From Bacteroidia bacterium (GTDB lineage: Bacteria > Bacteroidota > Bacteroidia > NS11-12g > UBA955), in contig JBGAKR010000001.1 in assembly GCA_044224315.1 (NCBI GenBank), positions 592,329-656,328 on the forward strand: DNA of 64,000 bases, in the 5' to 3' direction. The notes beneath the pieces were generated by a model that did no database searches, had not been told where the DNA came from, and saw nothing but the letters and a program-made list of their open reading frames with translations. Position numbers and translations under genes: made by a program. Within the stretch, counting starts at the first letter, position 1, and each line of letters begins with the position of its first letter. Below, piece by piece: positions 28,935 through 38,878 of the stretch.

Positions 28935-29858
28935 TTAATATTCTTCGTACCATTTAAATTGTTTTTGTACAATGTTTTTTTTCTCTTTTTGCAAATAATT
29001 CAAAAACGCTTTTCCCACAGGAGAATGGTTTTTGCCATGCAGCCATATCAGGCTCCAGGTGGTTTTAATGGGTAAGCCCTTTACCGGAATAATTTGCAAC
29101 TCGTGGTTGTGCAATTCGTTTTTAATTCCAATTAAAGGCATAATCGAATAGCCCAAACCTGCCAATAAAGCTTGTTTTACCGCTTCATTTGAGGTGAGTT
29201 CGATTTTCTTATTCACCGAAATCTGATGCTTTTCTAAAAAATTTTCCATGGTTTGCCGGGTTCCGGAGCCCTTTTCACGAAAAATAATGGGCAAATCACG
29301 AAAGATTTCTTTGGCATGCAAAGCCTTCTTGATTTTATATTTAGATGGGCCCACAAAAAATAATTTATTCTGCAATAAATCCAATTTTTCAATATTCATT
29401 TTATTGGGCAAAATTGATACCAAGGCAAAATCTACCTCATTTTCTGCCAGGCTTTCAATTACCATATTCTTATTGGTAACATCCATTTGCAATTCTATCC
29501 CTGCATTTTTGTTTATAAAATCCGACAAAAAATAAGGCATTACATATTTACCCGTAGATACTACCGAAAGCTTCAGGCGGCCTGCCAGTTGCCCTTTATA
29601 AGCCATGGTTTTATAATTGATGGCGTTTACCTGATTGATAATTTGCTCGGCTGCTTCTGCAATTTCATACCCGAAATCGGTAATATAAATCTGTCTTCCC
29701 ACAACTTCCGTAAGGGGAATATCGAACTGGTCCTGAAAATTTTTGAGCTGAATGGATACCGCAGGCTGGGTTAAGTGCAACTCTTCCGAAGCCTTGGTAA
29801 CACTCTGAGTTTTCACTATTTTCAGAAATATCTGCAGTTGATTGAGGGTGTAGTTCAT
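28935..29858 (-). CDS. LysR-family transcriptional regulator
   Basis: N-terminal HTH LNQLQIFLKIVKTQSVTKASEELHLTQPAVSIQLKNFQDQF, plus a substrate-binding domain. Divergent from a transporter gene. Confidence 0.85.
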   Translation of the reverse strand: MNYTLNQLQIFLKIVKTQSVTKASEELHLTQPAVSIQLKNFQDQFDIPLTEVVGRQIYITDFGYEIAEAAEQIINQVNAINYKTMAYKGQLAGRLKLSVVSTGKYVMPYFLSDFINKNAGIELQMDVTNKNMVIESLAENEVDFALVSILPNKMNIEKLDLLQNKLFFVGPSKYKIKKALHAKEIFRDLPIIFREKGSGTRQTMENFLEKHQISVNKKIELTSNEAVKQALLAGLGYSIMPLIGIKNELHNHELQIIPVKGLPIKTTWSLIWLHGKNHSPVGKAFLNYLQKEKKNIVQKQFKWYEEY

Positions 29859-29965
29859 AAATTATTTTTATGGTTTACATTACAAAGATAAATAAAAACT
29901 TATAATCTAAAGCCCCCAAATTTGCAGCCGCAAACGGCTCTGGTAAGCCTGTTTAATACAAAACC

Positions 29966-30931
29966 ATGAATTTCAACCTGCTACTCGACAATCTCACTAA
30001 CCCTGCCCTGCTTTTCTTTGTGCTGGGCATTATTGCCGTTTCCTTAAAAAGCGATCTCGAAATTCCACCCAATTCATCCAAATTTATTTCTTTGTATCTC
30101 CTGTTTTCCATTGGCTTCAAGGGCGGACAAGAGTTGTCGCACGAGCATTTTACAACCGAAATCGGAATATCCATGCTATTTGGAATAGCCATAAGTGTTT
30201 TAATTCCGGTTTACACATTTTTTATACTTCGTACCCGGCTAAATGTATTTGATGCCGGCGCCATAGCTGCTGCATATGGCTCGGTAAGTGCGGTTACCTT
30301 TGTTACGGCTACCGCTTTTTTGGAAAGCCAGCAACTGCACTTACATGGGCAGATGGTGGCCATTATGGCTTTGATGGAATCGCCCGCCATTATTATCGGA
30401 TTGGTTTTAATTTCTGCCTTTAACCGCGAGCAGGATTTAGCCAAATTCAAAATTTCGGAAGTTATCAAACACTCACTTACCAATGGCAGTGTATTGCTCA
30501 TCATGGGCAGCCTCATCATTGGATACCTTGCCAGCGCCAAGCATGCCGAGGGCATAAAACCCTTTACAAATGATATATTCAAAGGGTTTCTGGCTATTTT
30601 TCTATTGGATATGGGCATCTCTACCGGCCGTAAGCTTAAATCTTTCTTTTCATTCGGCATTTTCCCCTTTGCCTTTGCGGTGCTCATACCTCTTTTCAAT
30701 GGATGCCTTATAGCCGTAATCAGCTCGCTGTTTATGACCGACATTTCCAACCGATTTATCTTTGCTGTGCTGGCAGCCAGCGCCTCGTACATTGCGGTAC
30801 CCGCTACCATGAAAATGACCGTTCCCCAGGCCAATCCCGGACTATACCTGCCCATGGCCCTGGCCGTAACCTTTCCGGTAAACATTACCCTGGGATTGCC
30901 CCTGTACTATTTGATTTTGCAGAATTTGTAG
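29966..30931 (+). CDS. SbtA-like (DUF897 / Na+-dependent bicarbonate transporter superfamily) permease
   Basis: ~10-TM protein with an inverted-repeat architecture. Its N- and C-halves resemble each other. It is divergently paired with a LysR regulator, as is typical for this family. The assignment is by recall, not by search. Confidence 0.5.
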   Translation: MNFNLLLDNLTNPALLFFVLGIIAVSLKSDLEIPPNSSKFISLYLLFSIGFKGGQELSHEHFTTEIGISMLFGIAISVLIPVYTFFILRTRLNVFDAGAIAAAYGSVSAVTFVTATAFLESQQLHLHGQMVAIMALMESPAIIIGLVLISAFNREQDLAKFKISEVIKHSLTNGSVLLIMGSLIIGYLASAKHAEGIKPFTNDIFKGFLAIFLLDMGISTGRKLKSFFSFGIFPFAFAVLIPLFNGCLIAVISSLFMTDISNRFIFAVLAASASYIAVPATMKMTVPQANPGLYLPMALAVTFPVNITLGLPLYYLILQNL

Positions 30932-30936
30932 GGAGG

Positions 30937-32382
30937 TTAAATCCTTTGATTTTTGCGAAATGCTTTTCTAATATGCCGTTTTTTTATCTTCAGATAATAG
31001 AGCTTCTCGCTTTTCTTGTAGCGTTTACGAATTTTTGATAAATTAATTTTTGCAACAATGGATGTTTTATCTAAAGAATCTTTGGTGAATGCAATGTAAG
31101 TAAAGGGCTTCGGATGTTTGAAGATATAAGTATTTTCGCCTAATTCCGATTTTTCAACTTGTAAAACTGTATCTGTATCCGGGATAAAAAGCACGATGCC
31201 ATATATTTCATATTTTTTAGGTACTTTTAATAGCAACATTCTTTTTTTATAAAAATATATTATTTTCTTATATGCCGCAAGAGGAACCCGCATTAGCCAC
31301 TTATATTTATTTCTTTCTATTTTCGATTTTATCGAATCGGCAGGCACTGTAAATTGATTAACCGTGCCCCTGTAGCAGTATCCAATATGTTTCTTGTCAA
31401 TCCCTGAGTCGAAAACATATACGCTATTATAATTTAAAAAGTAATAAAACACACTGTCAAAACCATTGTTATGATGGATGGTATCATCATAACAATTTTG
31501 TTCAATTGACTTAGAATAACTCCTTGAATTTGAACTCCGGATTAATTTAGGAAATTTAATTATACCATTTTTAGGCTTTGGACGGTCTAAATTGATTTTC
31601 TCATTTCCACAGTTGCGAACGGTTATATAAATCATCTTTTCTACACTATCATATCGCAAGTATGCATTGTCGGCAGGATACCAAGCCCTATCAAATGTCC
31701 ATAGTTTAAACCTGCAATCAAACATCCAGGGTGAAAAAGTAATTACCATATCTTTACACTTTGCAATATCCCCTTGTTCGCAAGATGCATTAAACTTGAA
31801 CATTCCGATTGTTTCCAATTCAAAACCATCCTCTGTAAACATAGGTATTCCAGCTCTTTCAGCCTCATCATTTGTATAAATTTCTGTGATTTGCGGAGTA
31901 CTTGCACAAACACCACAAGGTTCGAAGTAGGATTTATCGAGTTCAAATTGGGCTCCGCCATTTCCAGTGATTGTGATTCTTCCGTTTTTTATAGGCCAGT
32001 ACAATATATCTACCCGCCTGTTTTTAGCGCGGCCATATTCGGTGCCATTGCTGTTTAGCGGCGATTTCTCACCCCATATTTTGGTTTTGATGTCAAAAAT
32101 TCCGGGCTTTAAATTCAATATAGCTGATGTAACAGCCTGCAGCCTTTGTCCTGCCAAATTATAGTTGTAGGCTTCAGATGCTATGCTGTCTGTATGCGCA
32201 TGAACTTCGATGTATAGGGAATCCTTTGAATGTGCAAGAACCGCAATTAAACTATCCAGTTTTTTTGTTTCACCAGGGTTCAGTGAATACTTATCTACCT
32301 CAAAATAAATGGAAGTTCTTCTATCACAAACCTGTGCCTTTAAAATAAAACAGTATAAAATTAAGAGTAAAGCAGCAACGAT
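30937..32382 (-). CDS. OmpA_C-like domain protein with a large lysine-rich C-terminal domain of unknown function; start codon uncertain, with no ATG/GTG/TTG in the signal-peptide region
   Basis: The open frame extends upstream of the annotated TTG at 32157 to a TAG-TAA at 32401-32406. That extension encodes KKRIVAALLLILYCFILKAQ (signal-like) and IYFEVDKYSLNPGETKKLDSLIAV...NLAGQRLQAVTSAIL...EYGRAKNRRVDI, a complete OmpA_C motif set. AT-rich. Confidence 0.45.
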   Translation of the reverse strand: MVAALLLILYCFILKAQVCDRRTSIYFEVDKYSLNPGETKKLDSLIAVLAHSKDSLYIEVHAHTDSIASEAYNYNLAGQRLQAVTSAILNLKPGIFDIKTKIWGEKSPLNSNGTEYGRAKNRRVDILYWPIKNGRITITGNGGAQFELDKSYFEPCGVCASTPQITEIYTNDEAERAGIPMFTEDGFELETIGMFKFNASCEQGDIAKCKDMVITFSPWMFDCRFKLWTFDRAWYPADNAYLRYDSVEKMIYITVRNCGNEKINLDRPKPKNGIIKFPKLIRSSNSRSYSKSIEQNCYDDTIHHNNGFDSVFYYFLNYNSVYVFDSGIDKKHIGYCYRGTVNQFTVPADSIKSKIERNKYKWLMRVPLAAYKKIIYFYKKRMLLLKVPKKYEIYGIVLFIPDTDTVLQVEKSELGENTYIFKHPKPFTYIAFTKDSLDKTSIVAKINLSKIRKRYKKSEKLYYLKIKKRHIRKAFRKNQRI

Positions 32383-32528
32383 GCGTTTCTTAAATAATTT
32401 TTACTATAGGCTAAACGACAAAAGTAATAAAGTGTTTCAAATTAGGTTGCAACATAAGTTCATTTTCGTAATATTAAGATAGGCAACAAAAATCATCTAG
32501 TTAGTTTTAAAACTAATTGTTAAAGCCT

Positions 32529-32562
32529 TAAACAAAAAAAAGCCCTTGATATTTCAAGGGCT
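32529..32562 (-). terminator. rho-independent terminator downstream of tRNA-Asp
   Basis: Hairpin AGCCCTTGA-TATT-TCAAGGGCT followed on the minus strand by a U-run (plus-strand AACAAAAAAA). Confidence 0.6.
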
Positions 32563-32566
32563 TTTG

Positions 32567-32640
32567 CGGACCGGACGGGACTCGAACCCGCGACCTCCGC
32601 CGTGACAGGGCGGCATTCTAACCAGCTGAACTACCGATCC
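32567..32640 (-). tRNA. tRNA-Asp (anticodon GUC)
   Basis: Reverse complement GGATCGGTAGTTCAGCTGGTTAGAATGCCGCCCTGTCACGGCGGAGGTCGCGGGTTCGAGTCCCGTCCGGTCCG folds as a cloverleaf. Anticodon loop is CUGUCAC and the T-loop is TTCGAGT. Confidence 0.9.
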
Positions 32641-32948
32641 GTGTTTCTAGAACCTTGCGGTTCTGTCAAACGGACTGCAAAAATAAGTCCTTTTCTTTTT
32701 TTTGCAAAGAAAAATTTAATCTTTGGATAAAATAATGCAACAGCCCTTTCCCAGAGAGGGTTCTATGGAATTGCATAAATGAGATCCAACATGCCTCATA
32801 TACTTTCCCGTTTCCCCTTCAAATGCCGCGTCAGACTTGCTTACTAATCCAATTAATTCGTTCTCCCGTGTAAAAATGCCCTGCCGCTGAAACTCCTGAG
32901 TTTTTCTAATAAATTGGCCTTATTCGTCCCAATCTGCTATATTGCAAC

Positions 32949-34274
32949 ATGTTACGACTTGCACTACTCACTTTCTTCCTGCACTTTTCAACCCAGATTC
33001 TCGCCCAGAACACCGATTCTGTTCCGCTTTATGTGAACTTAAAACCCAATCTCACCGCGGTGAAAGATCAGGACAACCGCAACCTTTGCTCCTATTTTGC
33101 AACGACTGCCATTTTAGAGGCCGAAATCAAAAGGGAATACGGCAAAGAGGTAAATCTATCAGAGCAATACATGAATTACCTGGTCAAAATAAACCATATT
33201 GGGGATAATCCATTTTCTGAAGAATCTTCTTGCGCGCACAATCTGATGGCTGTGCAGCAGGGGGGGCTATTGTATGAATCTGACATGCCTTACTGCCTTA
33301 CCTGGTTCAATGCAGGCTTTCCATGCGCCGCAGAAAAGCAAAATGATACCCATTCAAATCCCAATTGCTATTCACAAAATCCTCCATCCAAAGAAGCATT
33401 GGCCCGCACGTTCAATCCCGATTTTGATTTCCGGGCAAATTCCATGGTAGATCATTCTAAAATTATTAATCTAATTTCAAAATACAAGCGCCCATTGGTA
33501 TTTGCTTTTCCTATTACGTATAATGCCCCTAATAACTGGACTGAATCTGGCAGGATATTCTATTCAGATGCGCTTGATTCATTGGATAAATCAAACGGCC
33601 AAACGCGCAGCTGGCATATTGCAGTAATTAGTGGCTATGATATAAAAAAACAAGTTCTATTGGTGAGAAACAGCTATGGTATTAGTTGGGGCGATTCGGG
33701 CTATGGGTATCTTTCTTTTCAGGATTTCGACAAGTACGGCAGCCACGATGTTTTATATTGCAAATTAAAAAATGATTCAGTGCCTTTACCTGAAGAAAAA
33801 ATGTTTCTAACCCCAAAAATTGAAAATTTTTCTTTAAAAAATAAAATAACAAAAACACACAATATTGAAATTACTATGCAGGGTAAAATCAGCCAGTTTA
33901 ACCTGCGCCCTGTAACTGTTCGCAGCTGTTTGATAGCACTTCCGAAAGGTACCAATCCAAACAAGCTCGATACAATCCCCGCCGTATTAGAATTGGATTC
34001 TGCGGTACGCGAAACTTACCACGATGTTTCAGTGCGGGCTGTATATGCTTTCATTCCCGAACAAGAAAATAGCCAGCTTATATGGGACAAAAACAACCCT
34101 TTAAAACTGACGATTCCTGCCGGAATGGTTTCCTCTAAATCTGTGCAAAATGCTTTGAATAATTCAGAAGTAAATATTTATTTAATGACTTCGGTTTATG
34201 TGGTAGATGACAAAAATGGCAAAATTAAGTTGGTACGAAAATTTATTTTAATGGATAAAAAGAAATTGAAATAA
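32949..34274 (+). CDS. papain-like (C1 family) cysteine peptidase homolog with signal peptide and a ~170-aa C-terminal extension
   Basis: Q...NLCSYFATTA (Gln + catalytic-Cys region), SWHIAVISGYD (catalytic His), NSYGISWGDSGYGYL (Asn/Trp). Signal MLRLALLTFFLHFSTQILAQ. Confidence 0.65.
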   Translation: MLRLALLTFFLHFSTQILAQNTDSVPLYVNLKPNLTAVKDQDNRNLCSYFATTAILEAEIKREYGKEVNLSEQYMNYLVKINHIGDNPFSEESSCAHNLMAVQQGGLLYESDMPYCLTWFNAGFPCAAEKQNDTHSNPNCYSQNPPSKEALARTFNPDFDFRANSMVDHSKIINLISKYKRPLVFAFPITYNAPNNWTESGRIFYSDALDSLDKSNGQTRSWHIAVISGYDIKKQVLLVRNSYGISWGDSGYGYLSFQDFDKYGSHDVLYCKLKNDSVPLPEEKMFLTPKIENFSLKNKITKTHNIEITMQGKISQFNLRPVTVRSCLIALPKGTNPNKLDTIPAVLELDSAVRETYHDVSVRAVYAFIPEQENSQLIWDKNNPLKLTIPAGMVSSKSVQNALNNSEVNIYLMTSVYVVDDKNGKIKLVRKFILMDKKKLK

Positions 34275-34279
34275 TTTAA

Positions 34280-35476
34280 TTATTCCTTCATATTTTTTGA
34301 ACTCATCAACCGCAAAAACACTAAACCCAAAACAGCCGCAAATACACTGCTGAGGAGTACTGCCAGCTTGGCTATGTCTATTAATTTTGGGTCGGTAAAG
34401 GCCAGGTTGCTTACAAAAATAGCCATGGTAAAACCAATACCGCCCAGCATACCAGCGCCCAGCAGCATTTTACCATTACTCCCCTCGGGCATGGCTCCAA
34501 TTTTAAATTTAATGGCCAACATCGATGCCAGGTAAATACCCAGGGGTTTACCAATTACCAAACCTGCAAAAATGCCCAAACCTACAGGTCCGGCTAGATT
34601 TTCGAATGCCCCAGGGGCTATATACAATGCCGTATTGGCCAGGGCAAACACTGGAATAACGATATAGTTTACCGGCATTTGCAAACCATGTTCCAGCCTG
34701 TGCGAGGGAGATTTTTTTACCCCGGAATGGAAGGGTATGGCAAAGGCAAGCAAAACCCCGGCAAGGGTGGCATGAATACCCGAGTGCAGCATTAAAAACC
34801 ACAACAACAGCCCAAGTGGTAAATAAATCCATAAGGATAGTACCCGCATTTTTTTCAAAATCACTAAAAAACCAAAAACCCCCAATGCTCCAAGCAGATA
34901 GGCCCAGGTAACGCCCTGTCCGTAAAACACTGCAATTACCACAATGGCCCCTAAATCGTCCATAATGGCCAATGCCACCAAAAACACTTTGAGTGCCGGT
35001 GGAATGCGATTGCCCAACAAACCAATAACGGCCAGTGCAAAGGCAATATCAGTGGCGGTAGGAATACCTACACCCGAAATGGTTGATACGGATTGAAGGT
35101 TTACCAAAGAATACAATAAAGCCGGAGCCAACATGCCCCCAATGGCAGCAATGATTGGCATGGCAGCCTGCCTGCGGTCGCTGAGCTCGCCCACAATTAA
35201 TTCCCTCTCAATTTCCAAACCCACCAATAAAAAAAATAGGGTCATCAAACCATCGTTGATCCAATCCGTAAGGCTGTGGTATAAATGAAAATTTGGATTT
35301 TGAACCCCAATATGTGTATGCCAGAAATTTAACCAGCCGGTGCTATAAGCAGAATTGGCCAAGGCCAATGAAACCAGGGTACATAGCAACAAAATTCCCC
35401 CACCCGAACGGCTGATTGCATAAAACTTTCTGAATAAATCTGATAGCTTAAACCTTTCTGTTTTTGGAGCTGACAT
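34280..35476 (-). CDS. nhaA: Na+/H+ antiporter NhaA
   Basis: The NhaA-family N-terminus FRKFYAISRSGGGILLLCTLVSLALANS, ~12 TM helices, and the conserved DD motif region (AIMDDLGAIVVIA). Confidence 0.85.
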   Translation of the reverse strand: MSAPKTERFKLSDLFRKFYAISRSGGGILLLCTLVSLALANSAYSTGWLNFWHTHIGVQNPNFHLYHSLTDWINDGLMTLFFLLVGLEIERELIVGELSDRRQAAMPIIAAIGGMLAPALLYSLVNLQSVSTISGVGIPTATDIAFALAVIGLLGNRIPPALKVFLVALAIMDDLGAIVVIAVFYGQGVTWAYLLGALGVFGFLVILKKMRVLSLWIYLPLGLLLWFLMLHSGIHATLAGVLLAFAIPFHSGVKKSPSHRLEHGLQMPVNYIVIPVFALANTALYIAPGAFENLAGPVGLGIFAGLVIGKPLGIYLASMLAIKFKIGAMPEGSNGKMLLGAGMLGGIGFTMAIFVSNLAFTDPKLIDIAKLAVLLSSVFAAVLGLVFLRLMSSKNMKE

Positions 35477-35547
35477 GGCTGAATGGACAAAAATACAACC
35501 TTATCGAATATCTTCGCAGGCCCTTGGCCTCTGCACCTGAAATATAT

Positions 35548-36543
35548 ATGCACCGTTGCCTGGAACTGGCTGTTAGAGGCCAGGGACGGGTGGCACCCAA
35601 TCCTTTGGTAGGCTGTGTATTGGTGCATAATAACGAAATCATATCGGAGGGATGGCACCAAAAATTTGGAGAAAACCATGCCGAAAGAAATGCCATTTTA
35701 GCCATTGAAAACGACCCGCGATTGGCCGAATGTACCCTGTATGTGAACCTTGAGCCATGCTCTCATCATGGCAAAACACCCCCTTGCGCAGATTTAATTG
35801 TCAGCAGTGGAATAAAAAAAGTGGTAGTAGGGAGCCCCGATCCGCACGAAAAAGTAAACGGCCAGGGCATTGCTAAATTAAGAGCCGCCGGGATTGAGGT
35901 AATTGAAAATATATTGCAAAAAGAATGCGATGTATTGAATCATAAATTTATTTATTTTCACCAAAATAAAAAACCCTGGGTAATATTAAAATGGGCCGAA
36001 TCTGCTGATGGATTTATGGCGCCCGAAAATAAAATACAAACCCAAATCAGCGGAGAATCGGCACGCGTTTTATTGCATAAATGGCGCAGCGAAGAAATGG
36101 CCATTGCCGTGGGTGCCGGTACCGTGGAGTTCGACAAACCCAGGCTGGACGTGCGTTATTGGCAGGGTAAAAATCCAATGCGATTTGTGCTGGACGGCAA
36201 ATTGCGAAACCATTATCCTTACGACGACTCTCCAATTACCGTATTTAATTATTCTAAAAACGAGCAAAAAGAATTAGCCCAATTTGTGCAGATACCTGAA
36301 AATGATTCCATCCCTTTTGTGCTCGATTATTTATTTACAAAAAATATTTTAAGCATAATGATAGAAGGTGGGGCCGAAACTTTGCAATCATTTATAGATA
36401 GCGATAATTTTAATGAAATTCGCATCATAAAAAGCAAAAATGTGCGATTAGAACATGGCCCAAAAGCCCCTGCAATCGATATTCCCATGGTACATTCCGA
36501 AGAACTCGAAAACGATATAATCTATTATTACCACAAAGTATGA
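35548..36543 (+). CDS. ribD: bifunctional riboflavin biosynthesis protein RibD (pyrimidine deaminase / reductase)
   Basis: YMHRCLELAVRGQGRVAPNPLVGCVLV and deaminase HAERNAILA...CSHHGKTPPC, plus a C-terminal reductase domain. An upstream in-frame TTG at 35524 is an alternative start. Confidence 0.8.
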   Translation: MHRCLELAVRGQGRVAPNPLVGCVLVHNNEIISEGWHQKFGENHAERNAILAIENDPRLAECTLYVNLEPCSHHGKTPPCADLIVSSGIKKVVVGSPDPHEKVNGQGIAKLRAAGIEVIENILQKECDVLNHKFIYFHQNKKPWVILKWAESADGFMAPENKIQTQISGESARVLLHKWRSEEMAIAVGAGTVEFDKPRLDVRYWQGKNPMRFVLDGKLRNHYPYDDSPITVFNYSKNEQKELAQFVQIPENDSIPFVLDYLFTKNILSIMIEGGAETLQSFIDSDNFNEIRIIKSKNVRLEHGPKAPAIDIPMVHSEELENDIIYYYHKV

Positions 36544-37409
36544 TTTGGCTATTATTGAGTATAATTTGCAGCACCGGATTATTTTTAACATTTAAATATT
36601 TCGGTAAATTTCAGGTACTTATTTTTCCGGCCATTGTATTTAACTATGTCACTTGTTTTATTTGTGGAAATATTCACTTAGGTAACGAAAACCTGTTTTC
36701 AACTCCTGTTTGGAATGAGCCTTGGTTGCCGCGAATTGCCTTTTTAGGCATATTTTTTATCAGTACTTTTTATTTCACCGGATTGGGAACAAAAATGGCA
36801 GGTGCCGGACCCACATCTGTTGCATCAAAAATGAGTGTGGCATTGCCCGCTTTATATGCCATAATTTTTTGGAATGAAACATTTGGTTGGGTGCAATATG
36901 CCGGCATAGCATTGAGTTTGGTTAGTGTGTATTTGGTTACCCCCGACACGCCCGAGGAACACAAAAAACACCGCGCTTTATGGATTTTACTCATTGTATT
37001 TCTGGGCTCGGGTATTGTAGATACCGGTTTAAATATTTTTAAACACGATTATAGAAATCAGATTTCCGACCAAAAAATATCCACCATTGTTTTTGGTATG
37101 GCAGGCCTCATAGGAATTACAATTCTTGCTCTGCGATATAAACATCATCCATTTGGTAAAAAAGAAATTGCGGGTGGTATTATTTTGGGAATCATTAATT
37201 ATTTATCACTCATTGCCATGTTTAGTGCCCTGGATGCGTTTAATGGAAAAACCGCCCTGTTTTTTGCTATTAATAATGTGGGCGTGGTGATTTTCAGCAC
37301 GGTAGCCGCTGTTTTAATATTTAAAGAAGCCATTTACCGCAAAGAAAAACTGGGATTATTATTGGCAGTAATTGCCATTGTATTAATGAATTTTTATGCT
37401 GTTTTCTGA
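36540..37409 (+). CDS. DMT-superfamily (EamA-like) membrane transporter
   Basis: Ten predicted TM helices in two similar halves. Function not assignable from sequence alone. Confidence 0.45.
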   Translation: MIWLLLSIICSTGLFLTFKYFGKFQVLIFPAIVFNYVTCFICGNIHLGNENLFSTPVWNEPWLPRIAFLGIFFISTFYFTGLGTKMAGAGPTSVASKMSVALPALYAIIFWNETFGWVQYAGIALSLVSVYLVTPDTPEEHKKHRALWILLIVFLGSGIVDTGLNIFKHDYRNQISDQKISTIVFGMAGLIGITILALRYKHHPFGKKEIAGGIILGIINYLSLIAMFSALDAFNGKTALFFAINNVGVVIFSTVAAVLIFKEAIYRKEKLGLLLAVIAIVLMNFYAVF

Positions 37410-38001
37410 TACATACCAGGTTCCAAAAGCCGAAAGCCAAGCCAATTTGCGCGAAAAAGGCAGCAAGTTTTTGGCCTATTTATTCCCTGTAAATACCGAA
37501 AACGAAATCAAAGAAAAAATTGCCCTGCTGAAAAGCAAATACCCCGATGCCACGCACCATTGCTATGCTTGGGTATTAAACCCCGACAGCTCGGCTCAGC
37601 GGAGTACCGATGATGGCGAACCTTCCAATAGTGCAGGCAAACCCATTTTACGCGCTATTATTTCAAAAGGTTTAACCAATATTTTAGTGATAGTGGTGCG
37701 ATATTTCGGAGGTACACAATTGGGTATTCCGGGTTTAATACAAGCCTATGGAGATGCGGCAAAAGCAGCCCTGGAATTGTGCCCGACTGAAGAAAAATTT
37801 ATAACCCAAAATTATTTACTAAGTGCCGATTTTACCCAGGAACATGAAATTCACCGCATAATTCAAACCTATAAAGCCACCGTGTTAGATAGCATTTATA
37901 CCGAAAATGTAACTTATAAATTGGGTGTTAGACGCAGTCTGGCTGCAGAATTTGAGAAAAAATGCAAAGACAATTATTTGCTTGAATTAAAAAGCATTTG
38001 A
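37396..38001 (+). CDS. YigZ / IMPACT-family protein (UPF0029)
   Basis: HHCYAWVL...DDGEPSNSAGKPIL...LVIVVRYFGGTQLG, the IMPACT-family signature. Confidence 0.75.
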   Translation: MLFSDTYQVPKAESQANLREKGSKFLAYLFPVNTENEIKEKIALLKSKYPDATHHCYAWVLNPDSSAQRSTDDGEPSNSAGKPILRAIISKGLTNILVIVVRYFGGTQLGIPGLIQAYGDAAKAALELCPTEEKFITQNYLLSADFTQEHEIHRIIQTYKATVLDSIYTENVTYKLGVRRSLAAEFEKKCKDNYLLELKSI

Positions 38002-38003
38002 GT

Positions 38004-38798
38004 TTACATTTGTTTTGAAATATCAATATCGGGGCAGTTATAAAATACCTTAACCTCATCCATACGCCCTCTGAAATAACTTAGCATAAGCAAATTACTG
38101 GGATACCATTTGGTTCGGCCAATTTCTATAGGTGTATTAACCAATAGCATGCCCGATGTATTGCCAGTGCTGGATGTGGCTACAATTACCCCATTCAGAT
38201 ACAACTCAATCACACCCGTTTTGCGAATTACATAAGCAACATGCTGCCAGAGATAGGGTTTTAAAAAATTTCCCTTAACTGAACCAAAATCATAAAACCC
38301 TGAATTTGCAAAATATCCGTTTACCCGGGATTGAATCTGGGTGCAGTATGTGCTGATACCGCTGCGGGTATTATTGTCCCATTTATTAAAAAATCCGGAA
38401 TAGGCCGCCGAAGTTGCGATCCCATTGGTAAAGGTATCAAAACCAACTGGAAATAACCATGCCATCACTGCAATTGATTTGCCATCAAAACGGAATGTGT
38501 GTGGAATTTCCAAATACGCATTGCTTCCAACTAATTGCATTCCCCATCCATATTTACCCTGGTTAATGGTGGGTACACCATGCAGAATTACTGAATTATT
38601 ATACCCGGATGAATCAGCAAAATTACCTTCAAACTTTAAATACAAATTTGGTTTGCATACTGTATTTATAGTGGTATCTGCCGGCCCTTTTTTCGAATTA
38701 GGTGGACCACAATAGGGCCGGTTGCAGTGAAACAACAGCAATGAGGCAGTTAAAATAAAAGTTGAAATAGAAATATTTCGAGTCATGTTTTTATGCAA
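38004..38798 (-). CDS. lipoprotein with a LamG/concanavalin-like jelly-roll domain (hypothetical)
   Basis: Signal plus Cys (ASLLLFHC). The LKFEGNFADSSGYNNSVILHG and ELYLNGVIVATS pattern resembles a Laminin_G_3 domain. Confidence 0.4.
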   Translation of the reverse strand: MHKNMTRNISISTFILTASLLLFHCNRPYCGPPNSKKGPADTTINTVCKPNLYLKFEGNFADSSGYNNSVILHGVPTINQGKYGWGMQLVGSNAYLEIPHTFRFDGKSIAVMAWLFPVGFDTFTNGIATSAAYSGFFNKWDNNTRSGISTYCTQIQSRVNGYFANSGFYDFGSVKGNFLKPYLWQHVAYVIRKTGVIELYLNGVIVATSSTGNTSGMLLVNTPIEIGRTKWYPSNLLMLSYFRGRMDEVKVFYNCPDIDISKQM

Positions 38799-38878
38799 AA
38801 ATAAGATGCCTTACCGCAAATAATAAAAAAAGTCCGGTTACCCGGACTTTTATATCTACCAATAATTTAGTTTTTGAA

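Noticed and set aside
35464-35547. Upstream extension of ribD from the first ATG at 35464
   Set aside because: The extension (MELTWLNGQKYNLIEYLRRPLASAPEIY) has no counterpart in RibD proteins and overlaps the nhaA start. The conserved RibD N-terminus begins at YMHRCLELA.
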